From NCBI GenBank assembly GCA_963739305.1, contig CAVTZU010000008.1:16879-80878 (forward strand): 64,000 bases of DNA, read 5' to 3'. The stretch comes from Candidatus Bathyarchaeota archaeon. Lineage in GTDB: Archaea; Thermoproteota; Bathyarchaeia; Bathyarchaeales; Bathycorpusculaceae. The position numbers and the translations under genes were made by a program. Every line of letters starts with the position of its first letter. Position 1 is the first letter of the stretch. This document shows positions 40,348 through 51,285 of the stretch, in pieces. The notes beneath the pieces are model-generated. The model was given only the letters and a program-made list of their open reading frames with translations. It was not told where the DNA came from and made no database searches.

Positions 40348-41733
40348 ATGTCCAAACCTAAAGCCAAAGAAGTCAAGCCAACCGTCGAGGAGTTATTGGC
40401 AAAAGCTAAGAAACCCTCATTACTAGCTCCACCGCTCCACAGATTCTACGAAGGAAAAGTCCAAGTGATGCCCAAATGCGCGGTCACAAGCCCGGCTGAC
40501 TTCGCAATATGGTACACGCCTGGAGTAGCAGCTGCCTGCAAGGAAATTCAAGCCGACAAGGACAAGTCTTTCGAGCTCACAAACCGATGGAACTACGTCG
40601 CCGTCGTATCGGACGGAACTCGAGTGCTGGGACTCGGCGACATCGGACCCGAGGCCGCCTTGCCCGTTATGGAAGGAAAAGGGTTACTCTTCAAGTACCT
40701 GGGCGCCGTGGACGCGTTCCCAATCTGTATTAGAACCAAAGATCCAGATGAAATAGTGAGAACGTGCGAACTGATAGAACCCACATTCGGCGGCATAAAT
40801 CTAGAAGACATCGAGAAACCAAAATGCTTCTATGTCCTAGAAAAAGCCAGAGAGAAACTGCAAATCCCAGTCTGGCATGATGACCAGCAAGGAACAGCAA
40901 CAGTCATACTCGCGGGCCTGATGAACGCATTCAAGATCGTAGGCAAAGACCCCAAGAAAGCCCTGATAACACTCGTGGGCGCCGGCTCCGCAAACCTCCG
41001 CACAGCATACGTCCTAATAAAATGGGGAATAAAACCAGGCAACATAATGCTAGTTGACACCAAAGGCCTGATTTACCCAGGAAGAAAAGACATAACCAAA
41101 GACGAAGACCCATGGAAATACGAGCTGACACAGAAGACAAACGCGGAACACAGAACAGGAGACATCGCTGCAGCCTTCAAGAACGTTGACGCAGTCGTGG
41201 CCGCATCGAAACCAGGACCAGGCACGATAAAGAAAGAATGGATAAAAACAATGTCCGACAAATCGATAATCTTTGCATGCGCAAACCCGATACCGGAAAT
41301 ATGGCCCTGGGAAGCAGAAGAAGCAGGAGCCCGCATCATCGCAACAGGTCGGAGTGACTTCCCCAATCAAGTCAACAACAGCCTGGGCTTTCCAGGAATA
41401 TTCAGAGGAGTTCTAGACGTGCGGGCGAAAACCATCACGGATGACATGTGCGTCGCCGCAGCACAGGAACTAGCAAAGTTCGCGGAAGAACGTGGAATGC
41501 ATGAAAAAGACATCTTGCCCCGCATGGAAGAATGGGAGGTCTTCCCGCGCGAAGCAGTAGCCTGTGCACTCAAGTCGATCGAACAAGGAGTTGCAAGGAT
41601 AAAACCAAGCAAGAAGGAACTCTACGACAGAGCTGTGGCATTGATCCAGAACTCTCGCGAATCAGTCAAAGCTCTCATGAAGCAAGGCTTGATTAAGCCG
41701 ATGCCTCCTGAAGACAAACTGCTTGGCAAATAG
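40348..41733 (+). CDS. NAD(P)-dependent malic enzyme
   Basis: YTPGVA, DGTRVLGLGDIG, PVMEGK, INLEDI, HDDQQGTA, ATGRSDFPNQVNN. Confidence 0.95.
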   Translation: MSKPKAKEVKPTVEELLAKAKKPSLLAPPLHRFYEGKVQVMPKCAVTSPADFAIWYTPGVAAACKEIQADKDKSFELTNRWNYVAVVSDGTRVLGLGDIGPEAALPVMEGKGLLFKYLGAVDAFPICIRTKDPDEIVRTCELIEPTFGGINLEDIEKPKCFYVLEKAREKLQIPVWHDDQQGTATVILAGLMNAFKIVGKDPKKALITLVGAGSANLRTAYVLIKWGIKPGNIMLVDTKGLIYPGRKDITKDEDPWKYELTQKTNAEHRTGDIAAAFKNVDAVVAASKPGPGTIKKEWIKTMSDKSIIFACANPIPEIWPWEAEEAGARIIATGRSDFPNQVNNSLGFPGIFRGVLDVRAKTITDDMCVAAAQELAKFAEERGMHEKDILPRMEEWEVFPREAVACALKSIEQGVARIKPSKKELYDRAVALIQNSRESVKALMKQGLIKPMPPEDKLLGK

Positions 41734-41844
41734 GCAGAAAGAGAAGGCATAGCCACAAACAAGCCTAAATCTCCTTTTTTTACTTAACAAATTCAGAAAA
41801 TTATTTAAACACTTCCATAGAGAATAGAGGGCGGGAGAAACAAC

Positions 41845-42342
41845 ATGCGCTCAGACTACGTGTTGTACGCAGTGGCAATAATATGTTTCATCATTACCGG
41901 TACAGTAGCCGCCTATGCAGCCACCGAGCAAACACTATGGATCGTCATACCCGCCGTCGTCGGACTCGCCTTCATCGGAGTAGGATACACACAGAGACCA
42001 AGAGAACAAGCTGGAACCACACAGATGGCAGTCTCTCCGCCCCCTCCGCCGCCAACAGTGACAATGCCAAAAGTCGATGATGTCATACCGGAAACGAAGG
42101 TCGACGAAAAGATCGAACCTCAACCAGCACCGATCGTCGAAGTCAAAACGGTCATGCATGACCTGCTCGAAGTCAAAGGCATCAAAGACAAACGTGCACT
42201 ACAACTAAAGGCAGTCGGAATAAACACCGTAGAAGACCTAGCAAAAGCCTCACCAGAAGAGTTGGCCTCAAAGCTAAAGATAGCGCCTTACTTCACCGGT
42301 AAATGGATCGAAAACGCCAAAGCAATCGTTGAAAAGACCTGA
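41845..42342 (+). CDS. Membrane protein with C-terminal HhH (DUF4332-like) domain
   Basis: 2 TM, Pro-rich linker, VKGIKDKRALQLKAVGINTVEDLA. Confidence 0.7.
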   Translation: MRSDYVLYAVAIICFIITGTVAAYAATEQTLWIVIPAVVGLAFIGVGYTQRPREQAGTTQMAVSPPPPPPTVTMPKVDDVIPETKVDEKIEPQPAPIVEVKTVMHDLLEVKGIKDKRALQLKAVGINTVEDLAKASPEELASKLKIAPYFTGKWIENAKAIVEKT

Positions 42343-42653
42343 CAAGGGTTCAGACAAGCCTCTCGATAACTAGATTATCGAGATTCCTACTGTGCAGCAT
42401 CTCGACGGAAAAATGCCGGCACGTTTGGGACAGCTCAGAAAAAACTCAATCTTTTTTCTATTGAATTCACTCAACGCACTGACGCACCTGACGCTTCCCA
42501 GATGGAACCCAGGCGCCCAATATTTGTTTTCTAATCACAGTGTTTTCCGAAAAAAGCCACAGGGAATAAATCGTTTTATGCTTGCTAATTTTCTTCAGTT
42601 GATGACCACGTTGCATGGTCTACTTCCAAAGAGAAGCTTCCTCAAAGGCGCCA

Positions 42654-42938
42654 CTACATCATCGCGATCTTGACTATATTCCGCCTTTCCAACCTCTTCA
42701 AAGCGTCCAGAAACTCGTTCTTTTTCTTGCCCGTCAGCTTGAAGCTTTGAATCATATCTTTGATCGGCATGCCAGGCTTCCCAAAACCAGCGTTCCGTCT
42801 GCAGAGATTCTTCACTATCGATCTCTCCAGCTTTCCACACCGCCAAGTCGTGTTTCGAATAAGAATCACAATTGCCTTGACGAGCCTCTGAGTTTCCTTC
42901 TCTTCCCCTGCGACCAAAGCCCTCTCACTGTTCATCAT
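42654..42938 (-). CDS. Hypothetical protein (possible HTH)
   Basis: 94-aa ORF ending LDALKRLERRNIVKI. Confidence 0.5.
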   Translation of the reverse strand: MMNSERALVAGEEKETQRLVKAIVILIRNTTWRCGKLERSIVKNLCRRNAGFGKPGMPIKDMIQSFKLTGKKKNEFLDALKRLERRNIVKIAMM

Positions 42939-43014
42939 GATATATGAACAAAAGGCTTTTAGAGTTTGCGTTCACAAAGAAACCCTTAGATAACCATCAT
43001 GGAGAATCAATACG

Positions 43015-43440
43015 ATGTTAAAGGGATCCGTAGGCAGAATATGCTTCGCCCGCTTCCGCGAAGACGATGACATCGCCGAATCCATAAAGAAAACAGCCCA
43101 ACAAAACGACGTAAAAGCCGGAGCCATAATCCTCATCGGTGCTCTAAAACAAGCCGTGCTAGGCTGCTACAAGAACGGAGAGTACATCAACACCGAACTG
43201 AAAGGCCACTTCGAAATAGCATCATGCACCGGCAACCTAGCTATCGACGAGAAAGGCGAAACTGCAGTACACGCTCACATCGTCGTCTCAAACGAAAAAG
43301 GCCAAGCCTTTGGAGGACACTTGCAAAAAGGCTGCCTCGTAGGACCCACAGCTGAACTCATAATAATAGAAGCAACAGGAATCGACCTCCAAAGAGCATT
43401 TGACGAAAAGACCAAGCTGAGGCTCCTGAAACTAAGCTAA
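43015..43440 (+). CDS. PPC/DUF296 domain protein
   Basis: IGAL, EIASCTGN, HAHIVVS, GGHL, TAELII. Confidence 0.9.
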   Translation: MLKGSVGRICFARFREDDDIAESIKKTAQQNDVKAGAIILIGALKQAVLGCYKNGEYINTELKGHFEIASCTGNLAIDEKGETAVHAHIVVSNEKGQAFGGHLQKGCLVGPTAELIIIEATGIDLQRAFDEKTKLRLLKLS

Positions 43441-43884
43441 TCTCTTCCTCAGATACACGCCGTGAGCATTGCGATAGTAGTTCTTCAGCTTCCCAACTGT
43501 ATCGTAACCCAATTTCCTGTACAACCCAATGGCTGCCGCATTATCTTCTCTGACCTCAAGACTGGAAGCTTCAACATCTTTCTGTCGAAAGACACTCTCG
43601 ATCTCCAGTAGCAGTTTTTCGCCGATACCACGCCGACGATAAGCGGGCAACACCTCTATCGTATAGATGTGTCCGTGCAATGCCTTTCTATCCGCATAGA
43701 TAACTCCGATCACGAAGCCCGCGATTTGTCCTTCAACCCGCGCAACCAAACTTATCGAGTTGTAGTCTCCGAGCAACCGGGCAATCTGACTCTTCGTGAA
43801 TGCCTCTTCCTTGAAACACTCGGACTCGATCTCGTAAAGTCTGTCGAGGTCTCCGAAAGATGCATCTTCGATCGTTATGGACAT
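43432..43884 (-). CDS. rimI: RimI-like GNAT N-acetyltransferase
   Basis: YRRRGIG, LEVREDN.AAIGLY, NYY. Confidence 0.85.
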   Translation of the reverse strand: MSITIEDASFGDLDRLYEIESECFKEEAFTKSQIARLLGDYNSISLVARVEGQIAGFVIGVIYADRKALHGHIYTIEVLPAYRRRGIGEKLLLEIESVFRQKDVEASSLEVREDNAAAIGLYRKLGYDTVGKLKNYYRNAHGVYLRKRLA

Positions 43885-43934
43885 TGTTCAGGACTAGTGA
43901 ACGATACTCCACGGTAGAATTTAGGCTTTCATAG

Positions 43935-45017
43935 TCATTTGAGATTGGCTTCTCCGTTAGTATTGGACATTATTGCTTTGATGCCCAGCCACTGCTGTGC
44001 TCCGAAACCTATGAAGAACCTCAGCCACAGCGTCAATAGACGCGTCAAGATCGTAGCCGTCGCCCCTATCAACCCGGGAACTCCGAAACCCTGGAAAAGC
44101 GCCGTTAAAGTGATTTCAGGAAGACCGACCTCGAAGGGAACGCCTATCGGTATTGACTTGACCGCGACAAAAATCGCCACGATGACGAGGATTGCACCCC
44201 ACGGTACTTGAGGGTATCCGATCGCTTGAAAAGTGAAATAGAAGACAAGGAGATTAAGAATCCAAGAGATTACAGAAAAGGAAGAAGCAAGGAACAGCGT
44301 TTTCGGAGCATGAAGGTACTCCTTGACGGCTAAGTGGAAATCCCGATGGGCTTGAAGAAATTCCTCCCTCACTGCGGTCAGTTTCCACCGGCCCCTGCTT
44401 ATCCATTCGGCGAATCTAATCAGCCCGTCCAACAATCGGTGCGTCCATTTTTCCCTGAAGGAAAAGAAGACCACTATCAAGAAGAACATGCAGACCATTG
44501 CGATCAGAAAAAGTATCAGCGTCAGCATTATTCCGTGTAGAAGACTCTCAACGAGAAGAAAAGCTGCACCTGCCAACAATGATGCAATGGTGATTCCCAT
44601 TCCGATTAGCCTCTGGGCCACGATTGAAGCTGTGGCTTTTCCTGAAGTTCCATACTGCTCCTTGTTGACGAGGTAAATCCTCGCAAGTTCTCCACTGATG
44701 GACTCTGCGGGGATGATCGTATCAACGTATATGCCAATCCACACAAAGGCCAAAGACTTCAAAAAGGAAAACCTCACTGATAGAAACCGCAGCAACAACT
44801 GCCAAGCACCCGTGAAAAAGAGCACATCGAGCAAGGACGCCGCGACAGCCAGAACGTAGTAATAGAAATTGACCTTCCAGACTTCTGCGATGATGGCTTG
44901 TACGTCTACGTTGAAAACATAAATGTAGATAATGAACGCCGCTATCCCTATCAACGGAAGAGCCAAAGTCTTCCAAGTGAAATTATACTTCGGCGGCGAG
45001 GACAAATCTTCTGACAC
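43935..45017 (-). CDS. UPF0104/lysylphosphatidylglycerol synthase TM (flippase-like) protein
   Basis: PAESISGELAR, GLPE, RLLTLW; multi-TM; start inferred. Confidence 0.8.
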   Translation of the reverse strand: MSEDLSSPPKYNFTWKTLALPLIGIAAFIIYIYVFNVDVQAIIAEVWKVNFYYYVLAVAASLLDVLFFTGAWQLLLRFLSVRFSFLKSLAFVWIGIYVDTIIPAESISGELARIYLVNKEQYGTSGKATASIVAQRLIGMGITIASLLAGAAFLLVESLLHGIMLTLILFLIAMVCMFFLIVVFFSFREKWTHRLLDGLIRFAEWISRGRWKLTAVREEFLQAHRDFHLAVKEYLHAPKTLFLASSFSVISWILNLLVFYFTFQAIGYPQVPWGAILVIVAIFVAVKSIPIGVPFEVGLPEITLTALFQGFGVPGLIGATATILTRLLTLWLRFFIGFGAQQWLGIKAIMSNTNGEANLK

Positions 45018-45317
45018 CTGTTTACCTAGGGCATGGAAGCATTGAGCAACATTATATATTTTGCCAAACTCCAAGCCCCTATCATAGGGGTTTTTGCAGA
45101 AGTTACAGCCTCTCTATACAAACATTCAGTTCTCTTCGTCCAGTTCGGAATTCAGGGTCAAACCGACGTTTACGCGTGTGCATACCTGAGGTCCGGCTGA
45201 GACCCAATATCCCCAAGAATAGACATTATCTCTAAGGTCTCTGAAACCCACGTTCGCGACGTGCTTTTAAATACTTAAACCCAGTGGTGTAAACAAGAAA
45301 ATGCGAAGTGACCTCAA

Positions 45318-46328
45318 ATGGCGCTACCAACAATTGTCAGAGAGATTGAAATCAAAAAGATCCACCCATCCAAACTCAACCCAAGAACGGAAGTGAACAT
45401 AGAACGTTTAAACGAGTTAGCAGTCAGCATAAGAGAAGTCGGCCTATTGCAACCCATAATCGTTAGACCAATGGACGATGAGTACGAAGTCGTGTTGGGA
45501 GAAAGGCGATATCGAGCTTCACAACAAGCGGGAATCGAAAGAATGCCAGTGATAGTTAGAGACTACACGGACGATGAGGTTGTCCAATTGAACCTTATCG
45601 AGAACATACAGAGGCAAGAGTTAAGCGCGATTGAAAAAGGAAAAGTCTGCAAGTACCTTCTCGAGAACTGCAGTGAGAAATATCCTTCGCAAACTTCGAT
45701 AGCGAGAAAAATTGGAGTCAGCAGCGACTCCGTCTCACTATGGCTTAGAACCGTCGAGGTCGTTCCGAAAGAAGCCCAAGAATACATCGCTCCTTCAACG
45801 GTCTCTGGACAAGTACCTGAAGGCAAAATCGATTACCTAACAGCCGTAAAAGTGGGACGATCCGTGGAACAACCCGAAAAAAGAGTTGAATTAATCAAGA
45901 AGCTTGCGGAGAAAAAACGCCCATCAAAAGACAAGGCCCAGATCATCGAGAAACTGATACGGCAACCCGAAAAACCAGTTGAACAGGCAATAAAAGAAGT
46001 CGAAGACGCCCCCTACGAAATGAAGTTCGAATCAATTGACAAGGACCCGCTGCTTAAAGGCGTCAAAACGCAGACCTCAAGACCGAACCTGCCAGACATC
46101 AAGGTGAAGACAGGCGCGGCAGTCCGCGTAGCCATATGGGAACCCCACGTCGCAGACATCCGAATCACCTCGATCGAAAGAAAGCGGCTGAAATACTTCA
46201 ACGAAGAAGATGCAAAGAGAGAAGGGGGATACACCCTAGAGCAATTCAAAAAACAGTGGAAGAGAAACCATGGAGAATGGGACGAGAACCAGCTCGTCTA
46301 CGTAATTCACTTCGAAAGAATAAAATAG
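45318..46328 (+). CDS. ParB/Spo0J-like protein fused to a C-terminal ASCH domain
   Basis: NPR, GLLQPIIVR, GERRYRA, LIENIQR, HTH; GVKTQTSR..EEDAKREG..YVIHF. Confidence 0.85.
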   Translation: MALPTIVREIEIKKIHPSKLNPRTEVNIERLNELAVSIREVGLLQPIIVRPMDDEYEVVLGERRYRASQQAGIERMPVIVRDYTDDEVVQLNLIENIQRQELSAIEKGKVCKYLLENCSEKYPSQTSIARKIGVSSDSVSLWLRTVEVVPKEAQEYIAPSTVSGQVPEGKIDYLTAVKVGRSVEQPEKRVELIKKLAEKKRPSKDKAQIIEKLIRQPEKPVEQAIKEVEDAPYEMKFESIDKDPLLKGVKTQTSRPNLPDIKVKTGAAVRVAIWEPHVADIRITSIERKRLKYFNEEDAKREGGYTLEQFKKQWKRNHGEWDENQLVYVIHFERIK

Positions 46329-46338
46329 CGGTCTTTCC

Positions 46339-47214
46339 TCATCCAAGCAGGACGTTGTATTCCTGCTCGCTTCTAACTCCGAGACCCAGCTCAACCGCAT
46401 GACGAATCTGCGTCATACCCCACGGATTCCCCGAAAGGTTGGCACCCTCAAAACCTTCTATGACCTTAATGCTTTCAACGTCCATCGCAATCCTGTCTCC
46501 CGAAGCCATTATCAGATTCGGCTCTCTTACCTCGCCATGAAATGGCCCGCCCGTAATGAAACATTTCCTGCCATCCATGAGTATCAGGCTTGGATTGACG
46601 ACCAAGTTAAGGTCAACAAGCTTCTCCTTCAAGTGCCGCAAGTGAAAACCCATTCGTTCACTGCCCTTCGTAAAACCAAAAGCCAGCTTCATGCTGAGAG
46701 AAAAGTCTGCTCGAAAATGAGTTTTCATGCAGCAACTATACACGAGCTTATCAACGCTAAGAGCTCGCATTGCCAGGCTGACGTCCGCAAGGAACTTGCC
46801 GCCAACTTTGGTCTTCATCCACTTTTCTTCATCGAAGAAGACGACTTCCGCGCCCGTGTCCTTCAATTCGTTTAGTGCTCCGGCTTTTTCCATAATCCTT
46901 CGCGTGGAAGTACCCTGCATTGAAGACTCGCCTACGACAACTTCTCTCGCCCCGTGCTCAAACAACAACTCGACCAAGGCACGCAGAAAATCGGGGCTAC
47001 TAGAGGCAGGCGGCGGGTCCGCGCTGTTGAAATTCGGTTTTAATAGCACGCTATCGCCCTTTTCGATGGTCTTTCCGAACCCACCTATCAAGTCAACAGC
47101 CTTCAGAATGTTGCCTTTCAGGTCGCCAGTACTTGTTATTTTGCTTACAAGGATTTTTCCTTCACTTTGATACGGGTTAGCGTGTGGTTTCCCTATGACT
47201 CGACTTGAATCCAT
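46339..47214 (-). CDS. DUF362 domain protein
   Basis: VLLKPNF, VGES, MKTH, SLSMK, DG..GGP, DRIAMD. Confidence 0.85.
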   Translation of the reverse strand: MDSSRVIGKPHANPYQSEGKILVSKITSTGDLKGNILKAVDLIGGFGKTIEKGDSVLLKPNFNSADPPPASSSPDFLRALVELLFEHGAREVVVGESSMQGTSTRRIMEKAGALNELKDTGAEVVFFDEEKWMKTKVGGKFLADVSLAMRALSVDKLVYSCCMKTHFRADFSLSMKLAFGFTKGSERMGFHLRHLKEKLVDLNLVVNPSLILMDGRKCFITGGPFHGEVREPNLIMASGDRIAMDVESIKVIEGFEGANLSGNPWGMTQIRHAVELGLGVRSEQEYNVLLG

Positions 47215-47304
47215 TACGAATCGCCCCTAAATGCAGACGAACATCTGGGATTTTAGCTTTTGGCGCTGCAATGGAAGGTACAAAAAAGTTCTCAAAGAGA
47301 CAAC

Positions 47305-47817
47305 TTAGACGATGTACTTGTCAGATTTTTCAAAGTTCTTGACGATCTCCATCACGCGCTTGGGAACGTTGACGCCGTCTAAGGGTATGCCTTTCAATAG
47401 TGTCCAGGGACTTTTGATGGCAAGCTGCGTCGCAAGGTGATCTTCCCCAAAACTCTTCTTACACACCTCAACAACCAAACTTCTCACTTTTACCTCGGAG
47501 AGTTCACCCAAAGCGTGCAGGTACTCGTGCACCAGGAGGTTATACACCAACGCGTTCACCATCCTCTTGTTCTCCACCGCGGCTTCGACAATCTGAACGA
47601 GCACACGATTCAGGACGATGTTGTTGGTCCCAACCGAATGATACGCGCCCAACTGAATAGGCAAATCGTCAAGAAAAAGCATCATGCTGCTCCTCCGCTT
47701 GTGAAAAACATACTCAACAGTATCCTTAACGAGCTCCCAGACTTCCGCGTAGCTCCCAGCATCGTCCAGCCTCCTGCGATGCTCCTCAACTGTTGCCGCG
47801 TCACCCCTCTCTGCCAA
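47305..47817 (-). CDS. Conserved hypothetical protein with HExxH (zincin-like) motif
   Basis: LLVHEYLHALG..E. Confidence 0.7.
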   Translation of the reverse strand: MAERGDAATVEEHRRRLDDAGSYAEVWELVKDTVEYVFHKRRSSMMLFLDDLPIQLGAYHSVGTNNIVLNRVLVQIVEAAVENKRMVNALVYNLLVHEYLHALGELSEVKVRSLVVEVCKKSFGEDHLATQLAIKSPWTLLKGIPLDGVNVPKRVMEIVKNFEKSDKYIV

Positions 47818-48049
47818 AGCGTCACCTATCGAAAAATCACAACAACCTCTCCCTTATATCGGGTGCGGAGCCAGAATCCGCGATCAAACCTTCCCTTCAC
47901 AGATAGAACGACCAGAATGTATCGGTCCTGAAGAGCCCACAAACATGAAAGCAAAGAAATTGATCCTCTTCAATAATGATCTATCCCCTGCGGAAAAACT
48001 AAATGCTTCGATCATAATAGAGAACATCAAAACCTGGCTTTCACGAAGG

Positions 48050-48494
48050 ATGAAAATCTTGAGCCGAGACCAAATAAAAGAAATATTGACTAAATACAAA
48101 ACCATCGCCATCGTGGGATTGAGTCGCGACCCCACAAAAGACAGTCATGGAGTGGCCGCCTACCTACAGAGTCAAGGATACAAGATAATCCCCATCAACC
48201 CAACGACGAATGAGGTGCTGGGAGAAAAGAGCTACAAAAGTCTGCTCGACATACCAACTGAAATCCAAAAAACGATCGAAGTCGTAGATATATTTAGACC
48301 CGCATCCGACGTGCCGTCCATAGTTGAGCAAGCCGTTAGAACTGAAAGAGCTTCACGATAAACCATACGTAATCTGGATGCAACTCGGAATAATCAATGA
48401 ACAAGCAGCCGGAACCGCAAGAGCAGCCGGATTAGAAGTCGTCATGAACAGGTGTATGAGACAAGAACACAAAAAACTTTCCCAAAGCCAATAG
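48050..48494 (+). CDS. CoA-binding protein (YccU-like), frameshift near 48340
   Basis: IAIVGLS, IPINP, VDIFRP, then IWMQLGI..VVMNRCM in the next frame. Confidence 0.85.
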
Positions 48495-48512
48495 AAGGAA
48501 TATTTTCCCTGT

Positions 48513-50142
48513 TTACCTGAACTCAGGCTTCTTCTTTCCAAGCTTCCTGTCCAAAGACGCCTTGATAAACCCATAATACTCAGGGTCCGGCTTCAACGGC
48601 CGACTCTTAAACTCTCCGTGGAACTGCGAAGCAAAAAAGAAGAACCGATCAGGCAACTCCAACATCTCCATCCTACGCCCATCGGTGCTCTTGGCAGAAA
48701 ACACTAAACCGTTCTTCCTCAGCGCATCAGCATAATCAAGGTTGACTTCGAACCTGTGCCGGTGACGCTCATAAATCTCCCCACATCCGTAAAGCGCGTA
48801 ACCAAGCGTGTTGGGCTCAACCACGATCTTGTGTGCACCAAGGCGCATCGTCGCGCCCTTGATCTCGATTCCCCGTTGCTCAGGCATCAAATCGATAACA
48901 GGATGAGGCCGAACTCGGATCTATCTCAGTGCTATTTGCACCTTTCAAGCCGCAAACGTTCCTCGAAAACTCGACAACCGCCAACTGAAGCCCATAACAT
49001 ATACCGAGAAATGGAACATCGTTCTCCCGGGCAAACTTGATAGCCGAAATTTTCCCTTCAGTCCCCCTTGGACCAAACCCATACGGCACGAATACGCCGT
49101 CAAAGCCTTTCAGGACCTCCAAGCTATCAGGGTTCTGCTCAAGCTTCTCGGCCTCAAGGTACTCGATACAAACCCTGGCCCTGCAAGCCGCACCGCCATG
49201 CCTCAGAGCCTCACTCATGCTAACGTACGCATCAGCGAGCCTAGCATACTTTCCCACCAGAGCCACTTTCACCTCATGCTCCGGCTTCAAAACCGCGTCC
49301 ACAAACCCTCTCCAATCCTTGAAATCTTTCTTGCAATCCGAGAAACCAAAACGCTTACAGACAAAATCGCTCATTCCCTGCTCATCCAGAATCAGCGGAA
49401 CCTGGTAGATTGACCCAACGTTGTACGAGCAGAAAACCGCGTCCTCAGGTATCGTCCCGAACAAGGCGATCTTCCTCCTCGCCTCAGCATCAATCATTTC
49501 AGGGCTTCTGGCAACAATCGTGTCAGGCTGAATGCCGATGCGCCGCAGCTCATTCACGCTGTGCTGTAGAGGCTTAGTCTTCATTTCCTGCGTCACATCG
49601 AGCACCGGAACCAACGCTACGTGCACATAAAGCGTGTTCTCATAGCCTTCTTCCAAACGCATTTGTCTGATAGCCTCAAGAAACGGCAAGCCTTCGATGT
49701 CTCCCACCGTGCCTCCAACCTCAGTCAAAACGACATCCGCAGCGGAATCCTTCGCAACATTGCGTATCCGATGCTTGATCTCGTTCGTAATATGTGGGAC
49801 GATCTGAACACACCTTCCTAGAAAATCACCGCGCCTCTCCTTCTCAATTACCGCTCGGTAAACCAGTCCAGTCGTGACATTGTTGTCTTTCCTCAGATTC
49901 AAATCAAGAAATCGTTCATACCACCCCAGGTCCAGATCGGTTTCGCCGCCGTCATCGGTCACGTAGACCTCGCCGTGCATGTAGGGATTCATAGTTCCAG
50001 CATCCACATTGACGTAAGGGTCAATCTTTATCACGCTGACTTTGATTCCTCTCGCCTGGAGCATCTTGCCAATAGAAGAAGTCAATATTCCCTTACCGAC
50101 CGAGCTCAAAACACCGCCCGTGACAAAAACGTACTTTGTCAT
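48513..50142 (-). CDS. pyrG: CTP synthase, frameshift near 48905
   Basis: GGVLSSVGKG, KIDPY, KTKPLQHSV, GICYG, ERHRHRFE, QFHGEF. Confidence 0.96.
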
Positions 50143-50269
50143 AATCTCCCCTTCAGCAATGACAGAACCTTAAAGCGCCCATCGACATTTAAGTTCTTTC
50201 GTCATCAACGTGACTGAAAAAAGAATATCGCGTTGAAAGAATTTGATCTGTCAGAGGGCAATAAGCTTG

Positions 50270-50590
50270 TTAGCGTCTTCGTCTTGGGCCATACATCGCG
50301 CCGACGACGATCAGAATTCCGAAGATAATCAGGGCAATCGGCCACACTGTGATGTTTGTGGGAATTATCGGCGGGTTGGTTGACTGCAATATCGTTATCA
50401 GTCCCCAAAGCACGATTATAGTGCCTATGGCGATACCAACGATAGCGCCGCCCCGCGGCAAACCGAAGCATTCTCCCTCCATGCGTCTGTAAGTATCACT
50501 TTCACCCACTGCGTACAATGAAGCTCCACACTGCACGCAAACCCTTGCATCGTCAGCATTTCTTGTGCCACACTTGGTGCAATAGACCAT
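50270..50590 (-). CDS. Zinc-ribbon membrane protein
   Basis: YCTKCG..CVQCG plus 2 TM. Confidence 0.75.
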   Translation of the reverse strand: MVYCTKCGTRNADDARVCVQCGASLYAVGESDTYRRMEGECFGLPRGGAIVGIAIGTIIVLWGLITILQSTNPPIIPTNITVWPIALIIFGILIVVGAMYGPRRRR

Positions 50591-50612
50591 CTCAATTCGC
50601 CACGCTATTCAT

Positions 50613-51050
50613 TCATCGCCGATTTGTTTTAAGACTTTTGGTGAACTTCCAAACGTCACTCTGCTGCAATATCTCTTCCACTTGCTGTTCACTTAATCTG
50701 AGGCCGTGAAAGTACCGTCCTCGCAACTTTGAGGCCCTAAAGAAAGTGTCTTTGATCAATAGTGGTCTGGCGAATCTCCTGACGTATCTGAACTCAATTG
50801 CTCTTTTCCACCCACCCCGAAAACACTCAGCCCGCTCTTCTTCAGACAAGGCATCTTTCTCCGATACGCGCTCGATTGAACCATACCCAACGAAGGCATC
50901 ACCAAGTTCCGTCTTGTGAACGAACACGATCATGTGACCCGAACTCCATTTACGGTTCATGTTAGTGTAGTAGATTGCCATGTCGAATACGAGGTCAACT
51001 AGCTCCTTGCGTTGCGATTCTCAGGATTGAACCAGACTGTCGACCCACAT
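50613..51050 (-). CDS. Hypothetical protein (possible EVE/PUA-like), N-terminal frameshifts
   Basis: IVF.HK..GDAFVGYG.I; an upstream alternative frame gives ILRIAT. Confidence 0.55.
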
Positions 51051-51285
51051 GGTTGTCTACCCTGGGATCAATCACGATCTCCGAACCCAATTCACTATGA
51101 GTTCATCGTCTTATAGGATCTGCGGAACTACGTCTATCTAAGAAGCTGTGAAACTAGAATCACGCATGCGCGCGCTGACCACAGTTGAGTTTTGACTTTC
51201 TGCAGCTTGCGGTTTTCGGGTTTTTCACCAATCGCCCGCTATATTCCGTGAAGACAATCTTGCCGAAGCTCTAGGCCAGTGCTAG

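Noticed and set aside
48513-50142. pyrG (and uppS, gcvP) as true pseudogenes or programmed frameshifts
   Set aside because: Catalytic motifs are intact, no shared slippery sequence, and indels are scattered window-wide.
51021-51023. In-frame TGA upstream of ORF 50613-50981 as possible selenocysteine
   Set aside because: No Cys-like context; a neighbouring frame gives a more plausible ILRIAT N-terminus, consistent with indel errors.
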